From Streptosporangiaceae bacterium (GTDB lineage Bacteria > Actinomycetota > Actinomycetes > Streptosporangiales > Streptosporangiaceae): a stretch of DNA of 41,268 nucleotides. Location of the stretch: positions 1-41,268 of the forward strand of contig DASYXX010000833.1 in assembly GCA_035934395.1 (NCBI GenBank), in the 5' to 3' direction. The translations under genes were made by a program, and so were the position numbers. The notes under the pieces were generated by a model. It searched no databases. It was not told the origin of the DNA and saw nothing but the letters and a program-made list of their open reading frames with translations. Shown here piece by piece: positions 23,642 to 32,582 of the stretch. How positions within the stretch are numbered: position 1 is the first letter of the stretch; the number at the start of each line of letters is the position of its first letter.

Positions 23642-25180
23642 TTACCCGCCGACACTGGACGCGGCCGCCGCGTCGATGAGCTCGTCCGCGTCGGCCGGGC
23701 GGATGAACCCGTCCCGAGCGTTATCGATGGTGTCGCGGGCCCACCTCTTGACGAACCGCGCGTGAGTCGGGTACAGGGCGGCCAGCTTGGCGGCGCTGAA
23801 CGGGACGGTCGTGCCGAACAGGAAGCAGAACGAGGATCCCGACTGGCCCAGGCCGGACAGGGTGGCGACCGGGACATCGACCGCCGGGGTGCGGATGCCT
23901 CCCTCGACGTTGCCGTTGGCGTCGAGCACGAAGGACGGCGGCGACGTGGACGTGTTCACCTGCAGGCGAGGGGCCCGGGGCGGGGCGTCCCCGGTTCTCA
24001 CCCACCGGTTCAGCCAGAACTGGGCGGCGTCCAGCACGACGTGCTCCTCGCCGGTGTTGATCGGCGTGGCGCAGGTGAGGCCCGCGGCGCCGGCCGGCGG
24101 ATTGAGCATCGAGTTGAGTTCTTTCAGGCCCTGGGCGGCGCTGCCGCCGGCGTCGGCGGCGCCGATGTTCGTCTCGTAGTTGTCGGCGTGCGCGGTGCCG
24201 GCCATCTCCCACAGGCGGAAGCGGTGGAAGTCGGCCTGCTGGGCCGCCAGGTAGCCAAGCTCCAGCAGATCGGTCTCCGTCTCCACCGCGAGGACGGGCG
24301 CGCTCAGGTCTGACCGGAAGAGGGCAACCGGCGGGGTGAGGACGAGCGTCTGGGGTGGCTGCGACAGCGCCGCGCTCCCGGCGAACCGGCTGTGCACCAG
24401 GAAGCCGTCGTACTCGTGCACCAGGGGCTGGATGGCGTCGATGTAGGTGGTGAGCCGGGTAGCGGACTGCGACTCGCCTTCGGCCAGCAAGCGCCGCGGG
24501 CGCAGGCCGCCAAGGATCTGGGACGCCTCGTCCCGTACGGCCTGCCCGGCCTGGGAGAAGATGTCGTAGGAGTAGCTGTCCCCGGGATGGGACAGGGCCG
24601 CGTAGCGAGCCGGGTCCGCGGCCTTGAGGGCGGAGACTCCCAGGCCCTGGGCCGAGACGCCGACGTAGGCGAAGCCATCGCGGATCATCTCGTTGTGGGA
24701 GTAGAGCCATTCCGCTGCCGCGTCCACCCCGGCGCTGACGTTCAGCCATTCGACCACGACGGTCCCGTTGAAGCGGGCCGGGTCCGCCGGCCGGTAGACG
24801 ACGATCCTGGTGGTATACGGCGCGGTGGTCGCTGGCGCCACCTGCCACTGCCCGTCGGAGCCGAGGGGAGCCGTCGGCGCGTAAGAACTGGCCTGGCCGG
24901 AGATGAAGAACTCCGATTGCGTGTACGCCACGCTGCTCAGGCTGAAGGTGGTCGTCCCGGGCAGCACGATGGCGCCCTTTCCGCCCGTCACCGGCCCGGT
25001 CACCGTCGGATTCGCGGCCGACGGATGCGGCCTGTGCGCGTGCCCGCTGCTGGCGTACGAGGCTGTCGCGCCAGCGGCCCCGAGGACGGACGCGACGATG
25101 ACTGTCGCGGCTGCCGCCCTCAGGGCTCGCGATCTGGTAGTCACGGTCATGCGGCTGCGCCTTGACCTCATGGCTTGCAC
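23642..25180 (-). CDS. Secreted alpha/beta-hydrolase-domain protein
   Basis: N-terminus 'MRSRRSRMTVTTRSRALRAAAATVIVASVLGAAGATASYA' is signal-like (possibly Tat). 'LLAEGESQSATRL' is a GxSxG elbow. The exact start (25180, 25171 or 25150) is uncertain. Confidence 0.7.
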   Translation of the reverse strand: MQAMRSRRSRMTVTTRSRALRAAAATVIVASVLGAAGATASYASSGHAHRPHPSAANPTVTGPVTGGKGAIVLPGTTTFSLSSVAYTQSEFFISGQASSYAPTAPLGSDGQWQVAPATTAPYTTRIVVYRPADPARFNGTVVVEWLNVSAGVDAAAEWLYSHNEMIRDGFAYVGVSAQGLGVSALKAADPARYAALSHPGDSYSYDIFSQAGQAVRDEASQILGGLRPRRLLAEGESQSATRLTTYIDAIQPLVHEYDGFLVHSRFAGSAALSQPPQTLVLTPPVALFRSDLSAPVLAVETETDLLELGYLAAQQADFHRFRLWEMAGTAHADNYETNIGAADAGGSAAQGLKELNSMLNPPAGAAGLTCATPINTGEEHVVLDAAQFWLNRWVRTGDAPPRAPRLQVNTSTSPPSFVLDANGNVEGGIRTPAVDVPVATLSGLGQSGSSFCFLFGTTVPFSAAKLAALYPTHARFVKRWARDTIDNARDGFIRPADADELIDAAAASSVGG

Positions 25181-25226
25181 CTTTCACGGGATGCCGGGGA
25201 TTGTGGCCCGCACCGAGTGCCCGAGA

Positions 25227-25255
25227 ACGGTAACGCCGCTACTGACGACCGTCAA
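25227..25255 (-). promoter_or_regulatory. Candidate sigma-70-type promoter for the secreted hydrolase gene
   Basis: On the minus strand: TTGACG (25255-25250), 17-nt spacer, TACCGT (25232-25227; TAnnnT). It lies about 45 nt upstream of the 25180 start, in an AT-richer gap. Confidence 0.3.
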
Positions 25256-25336
25256 GTCTGTTGTCATAAAATGCGATACAAGCTTCTCGTCAGTCATGAG
25301 TATCGCTTCCGACGGCCCGGGTGGCGAGCGGGTGCC

Positions 25337-26335
25337 TCAGTCCTCGTAGACCACGGTGACGTGCGGGGTTACGGGCTCGCCCTGGCAGGTCAGGATCCAG
25401 CCCTCGGCGACCTCGTCGTCGTCGAGCGCGTTGTTCGCGCGCATCTTGGCCTCGCCCTCGGTGACCCGGGCCATGCACGTGGCGCAGTTCCCCGCCTCGC
25501 AGGAGAACGGCGGGGCGAGGCCGGCCCGGCGCGCGCTCTCCAGCAGGGTCTCGCCGGCGTGCTGCGCGACCGTGCGCCGGGTCCCGGACAGGAGGATGCT
25601 GACCGTGCCCTCCTGCTCCGGGCCCTCGGGCCCGCCGGGCGCCTGCTCGAAACGCTCGGCGAAGATCTGCCCGGGATCGGCGCCGTGCGCGAGCAGGGCG
25701 CGCTGGACCAGGTCCATGAACGGCGCCGGCCCGCACAGGTAAAAATGGGCGGCCCGGTCGCGGTCAACGAAGTCTCGCGCCTGGCGTTCCGTTACGAATC
25801 CGGTTTTGATGTCCAGATGGTGGCGGACCTCGAGTCGGGACGGGTATCGTCCGGCCAGCCCGGCCAGGGCGGACGCGAAGATGACCGAGCCGGCGTCCCG
25901 GTTGGCGGCCAGCACCCGGACCTGCCGGTCCGTGGTGGCCAGGGCGCTCTTGGCCAGCGAGAGGATCGGCGTGATGCCGCTGCCCGCGCCGAACGCCAGC
26001 AGCGGGGCGGGGGTCTCTCGCAGGCAGAAGACCCCGGCCGGGAGCGTGACCTCGATGACGTCGCCGGGCACCAGATGATCATGCATCCAGTTCGAGACCA
26101 GGCCCCCGGTGACCCGCTTCACGGTCACCATCAGCTCGTCATCGGTGTCGGGGGAGCTCGACATGGAGTAGCTGCGCAGGGTCCCGCAGGCCCGGACGGT
26201 GAGGAACTGCCCGGCGCGGTAGCTGAACGGCGACGGCGGGGCCGGCCGCGCGTCGAGCACGTACGTGCGGGTGTCCGGCGTCTCCTGGATGATCCGGGTG
26301 ATCCGGACCGAGTGGAAGCCGTGGTCCCGCGCCAT
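25337..26335 (-). CDS. Oxygenase reductase: FNR-like FAD/NAD(P)H domain fused to a C-terminal plant-type [2Fe-2S] ferredoxin (PDR/KshB/PaaE class)
   Basis: 'RSYS' (FAD), 'FGAGSGITP' (NAD) and 'CEAGNCATCMARV...LTC' (2Fe-2S). Confidence 0.9.
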   Translation of the reverse strand: MARDHGFHSVRITRIIQETPDTRTYVLDARPAPPSPFSYRAGQFLTVRACGTLRSYSMSSSPDTDDELMVTVKRVTGGLVSNWMHDHLVPGDVIEVTLPAGVFCLRETPAPLLAFGAGSGITPILSLAKSALATTDRQVRVLAANRDAGSVIFASALAGLAGRYPSRLEVRHHLDIKTGFVTERQARDFVDRDRAAHFYLCGPAPFMDLVQRALLAHGADPGQIFAERFEQAPGGPEGPEQEGTVSILLSGTRRTVAQHAGETLLESARRAGLAPPFSCEAGNCATCMARVTEGEAKMRANNALDDDEVAEGWILTCQGEPVTPHVTVVYED

Positions 26336-26398
26336 GTATGGAATTTAGCTTCTCTCTTTGGAAGAATGCAATTACCATAGTCATAACGGAGCGGCGCG

Positions 26399-27958
26399 AT
26401 GCGAACCATCCCAGCGGATCTGGTCCGGCGGTACGAACTCGAGGGCTGGTGGACCCGGGACACCATGGGCGACCTGCTGGCCCGCGGCCTCGCCGCCGCG
26501 CCGGAGACCGAGTTCCGCGTGCACTCGGCCGTGCGGCCGTGGTCGGGGACGTTCGGCGACGTCGAGCGGGTGGCGCGCAGGCTGGCCGGGGGACTGCGGG
26601 CGCGCGGGGTCGGTCCGGGTGACGTGGTCGCGTTCCAGCTGCCCAACTGGATGGAAGCCGCCGCGGTGTTCTGGGCCTCGGCGTTCCTCGGGGCGGTCGT
26701 GGTGCCGATCGTGCACTTCTACGGCCGCAAGGAGGTCGGGTACATCCTGGAGAGCGTAAGGCCCCGGGTGTTCGTGACCGCCGAGCGGTTCGGGCGACTG
26801 GAGTACCAGGCGGACCTGTCCGCGGGCGTGCCGGTCGTCGGTGTGGTCGGGCGCGATTTCGATGACCTGCTCGACGCCGACCCCATGCCGGGCACGGTCG
26901 CGGCCGACCCGGCGGGCCCCGCGCTGATCGCGTTCACCTCGGGCACCACGCGCGACCCCAAGGGCGTGATCCACAGCCACCAGACGCTCGGCTGCGAGAC
27001 CCGCCAGCTCGCCGAGCACTTCCCGGCCGGCGGGGGAGCGCTGCTCACCGTGGCCCCGGTCGGGCACTTCATCGGCATGGTGAGCGCGCTGCTGATCCCC
27101 GTGCTGGACGCCGCGCCGGTGAACCTGGCCGACGTCTGGGATCCGGCCCGGGTGCTGGCGCTGATGCGCAGCGACGGGCTCACCGTCGGGGGCGGCGCGC
27201 CGTACTACCTCACGAGCCTGCTCGACCATCCCGATTTCACGCCGGAGGATGTGGCGCACGTGAAGTACGCCGGCCTGGGGGGAGCGCCGGTTCCCGCGGC
27301 GGTCACCACCCGGCTGGCCGGGCTCGGCATCACGGCGTGGCGCTCCTACGGCAGCACCGAGCATCCGTCGATCACGGCCTGCCACTGGACGGCGCCCGAG
27401 CCCAAGCGGCTGTTCACGGACGGGAGCGCCTGCCCCGGCGTGGAGATCAGGCTGGCCGATGACGGCGAGATCCTCAGCCGGGGACCGGACCTGTGCCTGG
27501 GCTACACAGACCCGGTCCTGACCGAGCGGGCCTTCGACGACGAGGGCTGGTACCGCACAAGCGACGTCGGCGTGCTCGACGAGGACGGCTACCTCACGAT
27601 CACCGACCGCAAGTCCGACGTCATCATCCGCGGCGGCGAGAACATCAGCGCCGCGGAGGTCGAGGAGCTGCTGCTCGGCATGCCCGCCGTCGCGGAGGCG
27701 GCGGTCGTGGCCGCCCCGGACGCCCGGCTCGGCGAGCACGCCGCGGCCGTCTTGCGCCTCCGGCCGGGGCACCCGGCGCCCGGGCTCGGCGAGATCCGGG
27801 CCCGCCTGGAGCAGGCGGGGCTGGCCCGGCAGAAGTGGCCGGAGGAGGTGCACGTGGTGGCGGATTTCCCGCGTACCCCGAGCGGCAAGGTCCAGAAGTT
27901 CGTCCTGCGCAGAGACATTGCAGCGCACCAGATTGCAGCGCACCGAACGGGAGAATAG
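26399..27958 (+). CDS. AMP-dependent acyl-CoA synthetase/ligase
   Basis: 'IAFTSGTTRDPKGVIHSH', 'WYRTSDVGVLDEDGYLTITDRKSDVIIRGGENI' and the C-terminal 'PRTPSGKVQKF'. Confidence 0.9.
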   Translation: MRTIPADLVRRYELEGWWTRDTMGDLLARGLAAAPETEFRVHSAVRPWSGTFGDVERVARRLAGGLRARGVGPGDVVAFQLPNWMEAAAVFWASAFLGAVVVPIVHFYGRKEVGYILESVRPRVFVTAERFGRLEYQADLSAGVPVVGVVGRDFDDLLDADPMPGTVAADPAGPALIAFTSGTTRDPKGVIHSHQTLGCETRQLAEHFPAGGGALLTVAPVGHFIGMVSALLIPVLDAAPVNLADVWDPARVLALMRSDGLTVGGGAPYYLTSLLDHPDFTPEDVAHVKYAGLGGAPVPAAVTTRLAGLGITAWRSYGSTEHPSITACHWTAPEPKRLFTDGSACPGVEIRLADDGEILSRGPDLCLGYTDPVLTERAFDDEGWYRTSDVGVLDEDGYLTITDRKSDVIIRGGENISAAEVEELLLGMPAVAEAAVVAAPDARLGEHAAAVLRLRPGHPAPGLGEIRARLEQAGLARQKWPEEVHVVADFPRTPSGKVQKFVLRRDIAAHQIAAHRTGE

Positions 27959-27987
27959 GATTCTCCTAACTAGCGAGGGAGGATCTC

Positions 27988-29175
27988 ATGCCGTCACGCG
28001 TGCCGCCGTATCCGCTGTTCGACGCGGACAACCACCTGTATGAGACCCAGGAGGCGTTCACCAGGTACCTCCCCAGGGAGTACGAGAGCGCGATCCAGTA
28101 CGTGCAGATCAGGGGCCGTACCAAGATCGCGGTCCGCGGCCAGATCAGCGAGTACATCCCCAACCCCACCTTCGAGGTGGTCGCGCGCCCGGGCGCCATG
28201 GAGGAGTACTTCGCGCACGGCAACCCGGACGGCAAGTCCCGCCGGGAGATCTTCGGCGAGCCGATGCGCTCGATCCCCGCCTTCCGCGAGCCCGCGCCGC
28301 GCCTGGAGCTCATGGACGAGCTCGGCATCGAGCGGACGCTGATGTTCCCGACCCTGGCCAGCCTGCTCGAGGAGCGCATGCGCGACGACCCGGAGCTGAT
28401 CCACGCGGTCGTGCACGCGCTTAACCAGTGGATCGACGAGGTCTGGTCGTTCAACTACTCCGGCCGGATCTTCACCACGCCGGTGATCAGCCTGCCGATC
28501 GTGGAGAAGGCGATCGAGGAACTCGACTGGTGCGTCGAGCGCGGGGCCCGCGTGATCCTGGTCCGCCCGGCTCCGGTGCCCGGCTTCCGGAGCTCGCGCT
28601 CGTTCGCGCTGCCGGAGTTCGACCGGTTCTGGAAGCGGGTCACCGAGCACGGCGTGCTGGTCGCGATGCACTCCTCGGACAGCGGCTACGCCCGGTACGC
28701 GCAGGACTGGGAGGGCTCCGGCACGGAGATGCTGCCGTTCGTGGCCAACGCGTTCCGGATGGTTGGTGAGTGGCGCCCGGTCACCGACGCGGTGGCCTCC
28801 TGGGTCTGCCACGGCGCCCTGTTCCGGTTCCCCGAGCTCAAGGTGTGCGTGATCGAGAACGGCTCGGCCTGGCTGGTGCCGCTGCTGGACCAGCTCGCCG
28901 ATGTCTACAAGAAGGTGCCGAACCTGTTCCCCGGCGACCCGGTGGAAGAGATCCGCACCCGGATCCACATCAGCCCGTTCTGGGAGGACAACCTGGGCGA
29001 GCTGGCCGGCATCGTCGGCGTCGAGCGGGTGCTGTTCGGCTCCGACTACCCGCACCCGGAGGGCCTGGCCGAGCCGGTCAGGTACATTGACGTGCTCAAC
29101 GAGCGGACCAAGCTGACCGAGGAGGAGAAGGCCAAGGTCATGGGCGGCAACCTGGCCCGGCTGATGGCCGCCTGA
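27988..29175 (+). CDS. Amidohydrolase-2 (ACMSD-like metal-dependent hydrolase/decarboxylase) family protein
   Basis: 'LFDADNHLYE' at the N-terminus and 'VLFGSDYPHPEG' near the C-terminus. RBS is GGGAGGA. Confidence 0.8.
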   Translation: MPSRVPPYPLFDADNHLYETQEAFTRYLPREYESAIQYVQIRGRTKIAVRGQISEYIPNPTFEVVARPGAMEEYFAHGNPDGKSRREIFGEPMRSIPAFREPAPRLELMDELGIERTLMFPTLASLLEERMRDDPELIHAVVHALNQWIDEVWSFNYSGRIFTTPVISLPIVEKAIEELDWCVERGARVILVRPAPVPGFRSSRSFALPEFDRFWKRVTEHGVLVAMHSSDSGYARYAQDWEGSGTEMLPFVANAFRMVGEWRPVTDAVASWVCHGALFRFPELKVCVIENGSAWLVPLLDQLADVYKKVPNLFPGDPVEEIRTRIHISPFWEDNLGELAGIVGVERVLFGSDYPHPEGLAEPVRYIDVLNERTKLTEEEKAKVMGGNLARLMAA

Positions 29176-29192
29176 GCGACCGAGCGACGGCC

Positions 29193-30620
29193 ATGACCTG
29201 GGACACCATCCCGCGGATGGTGCTGAGCGCGGCCGACCGCTTCGGCACCGCCGAGGCGGTCGTGGACGGGCCGGCCCGGCTCACGTTCGCCGAGCTGGCC
29301 GACCGGGTCCGGGTGGCCGCGGGCGCGTTCGCGTCGGCCGGGATCGAGCCGGGCGACCGGGTGGCGATCTGGGCGCCCAACTCCGCCGAGTGGATCATCG
29401 CGGCGTTCGGCCTGCTGACCGCCGGCGGGGTGCTGGTCCCGGTCAACACCCGGTTCAAGGCCGACGAGGCAGGCGACATCATCCGCCGCAGCGGTGCCAG
29501 GGCCGTGCTGGTCCAGAAGGGGTTTCTGGGCCTGGAGTACGAGGGACCGCCGGGCGTGCCGGTGATCCCGCTGACGTCGGGCTTCCTGTCCAGCGGCGCG
29601 CCGCTCGAGCGCGAGGTGAGCGGCGACGACGTGTGCGACATCGTGTTCACCTCGGGGACCACGGGCCGGCCCAAGGGCGTCATGATGACCCACGCCCAGA
29701 ACCTGCGGTGGACGCAGACCTGGTGCGACACGGTCGGGCTGCGCGAAGGCGACCGGTACCTGATCGTCAACCCGTTCTTCCACATGTTCGGCTACAAGGC
29801 GGGCTGCATCACCTCGCTGATGCGCGGCGCCACCATCCTGCCGGTGCCGGTGTTCGACGTCGCCCACGTGCTCGACCTGGTGGAGCGCGAGAAGGTGACC
29901 GTGCTGCCTGGCCCGCCCACGCTCTATCACTCGCTGCTGTCGGCCGGCGGCGGGTCGGACCTGTCGTCACTGCGGCTGGCCGTGACCGGTGCCGCCGACA
30001 TCCCGGTCGAGCTGATCCGCAGGGTCCGCAGCGAGCTGCCCTTCCAGGCCATCTTCACCGGGTACGGCCTCACCGAGGCCGGGACCGTCACCCTCTCCCG
30101 GCCGGGTGACTCGTTCGAGGCCATCGCGAGCACGGTCGGCACGCCCTGTGACGGCTACGAGGTGCGCATCGCCGGCGACAGCGAGGTGCTGGTCCGCGGC
30201 GAGTGCGTGATGAAGGGCTATCTCGACGACCCGGCGGCGACCGCCGAGGCCATCGATGCCGACGGCTGGCTGCACACCGGGGATCTCGGCACGTTTGACG
30301 ATGGCGGCCGCCTCCGGATCGTCGGCCGCAAGAAGGACATGTTCATCGTGGGCGGTTTCAACGCCTACCCGGCCGAGATCGAGGGCTTCCTGCTGGAGCA
30401 TCCGCGGGTGGCCCAGGTCGCCGTGATCGGCGTGCCCGACGAGCGGCTCGGCCAGGTGGGAAAGGCGTTCGTGGTCCGCAGCGGCCTCGTGTCCGCCGAG
30501 GAGCTCGTCACCTGGAGCCGGGACCGGATGGCCGGCTTCAAGGTGCCCAGGTACGTCGAGTTCCTCGACGAGCTCCCCCTGAACGCCACCGGCAAAGTAA
30601 TGAAAGACCAACTCCGCTGA
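29193..30620 (+). CDS. AMP-dependent acyl-CoA synthetase (short FadD3-like type)
   Basis: 'TIPRMVLSAADRFGTAEAVVD', 'IVFTSGTTGRPKGVMMTH', 'GWLHTGDLGTFDDGGRLRIVGRKKDMFIVGGFN' and 'LNATGKVMK'. Confidence 0.88.
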   Translation: MTWDTIPRMVLSAADRFGTAEAVVDGPARLTFAELADRVRVAAGAFASAGIEPGDRVAIWAPNSAEWIIAAFGLLTAGGVLVPVNTRFKADEAGDIIRRSGARAVLVQKGFLGLEYEGPPGVPVIPLTSGFLSSGAPLEREVSGDDVCDIVFTSGTTGRPKGVMMTHAQNLRWTQTWCDTVGLREGDRYLIVNPFFHMFGYKAGCITSLMRGATILPVPVFDVAHVLDLVEREKVTVLPGPPTLYHSLLSAGGGSDLSSLRLAVTGAADIPVELIRRVRSELPFQAIFTGYGLTEAGTVTLSRPGDSFEAIASTVGTPCDGYEVRIAGDSEVLVRGECVMKGYLDDPAATAEAIDADGWLHTGDLGTFDDGGRLRIVGRKKDMFIVGGFNAYPAEIEGFLLEHPRVAQVAVIGVPDERLGQVGKAFVVRSGLVSAEELVTWSRDRMAGFKVPRYVEFLDELPLNATGKVMKDQLR

Positions 30621-30638
30621 GGGACCCGCACGCTGGGC

Positions 30639-30678
30639 GTGTGGAGTAGTGGTCGTGATAGCAGCCACTACTCCACAC
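30639..30678 (+). terminator. Perfect 14-bp stem / 12-nt loop hairpin 18 nt downstream of the ligase stop (candidate intrinsic terminator, no U-tract)
   Basis: GTGTGGAGTAGTGG (30639-30652), loop TCGTGATAGCAG, CCACTACTCCACAC (30665-30678). Confidence 0.5.
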
Positions 30679-30787
30679 ACGCTTGAATGGCAATTCGTTG
30701 TGCACAGATGAGCGGTAGCGGCGGGGGTTATCCACAGGGGGACGCCGGCGGTGGCGACGGCTGACTGCACCGGGCAATCGTTGCCGC

Positions 30788-31714
30788 ATGGCCGAGACCG
30801 ATATGCCGCCGGAGTTAGCTGCCGACCTGCAACAGCAGTGCGGAGTGGTGACGATTGCTTCGGCCGTCCGCTGGCTCGGCAGGGCGGTTGTCCGCTGGCG
30901 CCTCGAGCGCGGCCGCTGGCAGCAGCCGTGCCGTGGGGTCGTCGTCACGCGTTCCGGGCCGCTCAGCCCAGACGAGATGCTCTGGGTCGTCGTGCTCGGG
31001 GCCGGGACGGGCGCCGTGCTCGGCGGCATGACCGCCGCCCGGCTAGACGGTCTGACCGGGTTCGACGACGGCCGGGTTCATGTGTTGGTGCCCGCGTCTC
31101 GCCAGGTTGAGGCGAACCTGTCGGACGCCGCCGTGGTACACCGGTCGCGGTTGCTTGGGCCGGCCGATGTCCATCCGGCGCGGCGACCGCCCCGAACGCG
31201 GACGCCGCGATCGATCCTCGATGCCGCCTCTTGGATGCGGACCGAGAACGGCACGCGGGCGGTGCTAGCGGCGGGCGTGCAGCAGCGGCTGGTCCGCGCC
31301 GAGCACCTTGCGGCCGCGCTGGCCCGGCGAGGGCCCGTGCCGCGGCGGGCGCTGATCCGGGCCACCCTTGCCGACATCGCAAGCGGGGCCCAGGCGCTCT
31401 CGGAGCTCGACTTCTGCCGGCTGACCCGGCGCTTCGGGCTGCCCGAGCCCAGTCGGCAGGCGCTGCGCAAGGACAAGCGTGGCCGCGTGCGGTGGCTGGA
31501 CGCCTGCTGGGAGCGGGCGCGACTCGTCGTCGAGGTAGACGGGCTCTGGCACATGGATGCCGCCGCCTGGTGGGCCGATATGCACCGCGACAACGAGCTC
31601 ACGCTCAGCGGGTACCGGGTGCTGCGGTTCCCGGCCTTCGCCGTTCGTGATCAGCCTGAGGTCGTGGCCGCGCAGATCGCGGATGCTTTGCGGCTCGCTG
31701 CTGAGCACGGCTGA
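30788..31714 (+). CDS. DUF559 (Vsr-like endonuclease fold) domain protein
   Basis: C-terminus 'RVRWLDACWERARLVVEVDGLWHMDAAAWWADMHRDNELTLSGYRVLRFPAFAVRDQPEVVAAQI' is the classic DUF559 core. The N-terminal region is typical of the actinobacterial expansions of this family. Confidence 0.8.
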   Translation: MAETDMPPELAADLQQQCGVVTIASAVRWLGRAVVRWRLERGRWQQPCRGVVVTRSGPLSPDEMLWVVVLGAGTGAVLGGMTAARLDGLTGFDDGRVHVLVPASRQVEANLSDAAVVHRSRLLGPADVHPARRPPRTRTPRSILDAASWMRTENGTRAVLAAGVQQRLVRAEHLAAALARRGPVPRRALIRATLADIASGAQALSELDFCRLTRRFGLPEPSRQALRKDKRGRVRWLDACWERARLVVEVDGLWHMDAAAWWADMHRDNELTLSGYRVLRFPAFAVRDQPEVVAAQIADALRLAAEHG

Positions 31715-31720
31715 GGTGAG

Positions 31721-32461
31721 TCAGGAGCGGCCAGTGAGGCCGTCGGCGGCGGCCCAGTGGGCGTCGGCGGTCCAGAGGGTGGCGAACGCGTCGGCGGCGG
31801 GCTGCTCGAGGCCGGGGTGGTGGTGCGGGGCGGCCGGGGCGATGAGCGACTTGATCGGGCGGGCGGGGGAGGCGGCGATCTGTCTCGCCAGGGCCCGCCA
31901 GGACTCGTCGAACGCCTCGCGCGGGTAGACCCGGTCGATCAGGCCGATGCGATGGGCCTCGGCCGTGTCCAGCCGGTCGCCGGTGGTGACCAGCAGCAGG
32001 GCCTGGGCGCGGCCGACCAGGGCGGCGAGCCGCTCGGCGCCGCCCCAGGCCGGCATGATCGCCAGCGTGGCCTGGGTGAAGCCGATCCGTACGTCGTCGG
32101 CCGCGACGCGGATGTCGGCAGCGACCGCGACCTCTGCGCCGCCGCCCAGGGCGTGGCCGTTGAGCGCCGCGATGACCGGGCCGGGGAACGTGGCGATGCG
32201 GTCGCAGAGGCGGCGCATCCGGACGGCCATGGCGACGGCGGCCTCGTGGGTGCGGACCTTCGCGAGCTCCTTGAGGTCACCGCCGGAGATGAACGCGCGG
32301 TCGCCGCGGCCGCGGATAACCAGCACGTCGGCGTCGGCCGCTGCGTCCAGGGCCCGCTCGAGGGCGTCCATGGTCGCCGGGCTGATCGCGTTGCGTACCT
32401 CGGGCCGGTCCACGGTCAGGATCGCGACGCTTTCCTGCCTGTCGAGCACTACCTCGGTCAT
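31721..32461 (-). CDS. Enoyl-CoA hydratase/isomerase family protein
   Basis: 'VLVIRGRGDRAFISGGDLKE' and 'PVIAALNGHALGGGAEVAVAADIRVA'. Start chosen at 'MTEVVLDRQ'. Confidence 0.85.
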   Translation of the reverse strand: MTEVVLDRQESVAILTVDRPEVRNAISPATMDALERALDAAADADVLVIRGRGDRAFISGGDLKELAKVRTHEAAVAMAVRMRRLCDRIATFPGPVIAALNGHALGGGAEVAVAADIRVAADDVRIGFTQATLAIMPAWGGAERLAALVGRAQALLLVTTGDRLDTAEAHRIGLIDRVYPREAFDESWRALARQIAASPARPIKSLIAPAAPHHHPGLEQPAADAFATLWTADAHWAAADGLTGRS

Positions 32462-32582
32462 GTGACCCCTCCGCGGCGGCAGGGCTCCGCCCGCCGCCAT
32501 CGAGCGCAGCGTACTGCCCGCCCCCGTCGAGCAGCGTTACTGGTATTGGCATTCTCTTTTTTGGCAAGTAACGTATCCCAGG

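Noticed and set aside
23620-23650. CTGCC-N7-GGCAG hairpin spanning the 8-nt gap between the convergent GH3 and hydrolase stops, as a bidirectional terminator. Similar cases are the 6-bp stem at 4876-4900 and the 7-bp stem at 4049-4069.
   Set aside because: The stems are only 5-7 bp, which is expected by chance in 70% GC DNA. I noted them but did not call them as features.
32535-32573. CGTTACT-N25-AGTAACG inverted repeat and a duplicated TTGGCA in the crotonase/mutase divergent region, as an operator or promoter.
   Set aside because: The arms are only 7 bp with a long spacer. It is plausible but too weak to call without comparative data.
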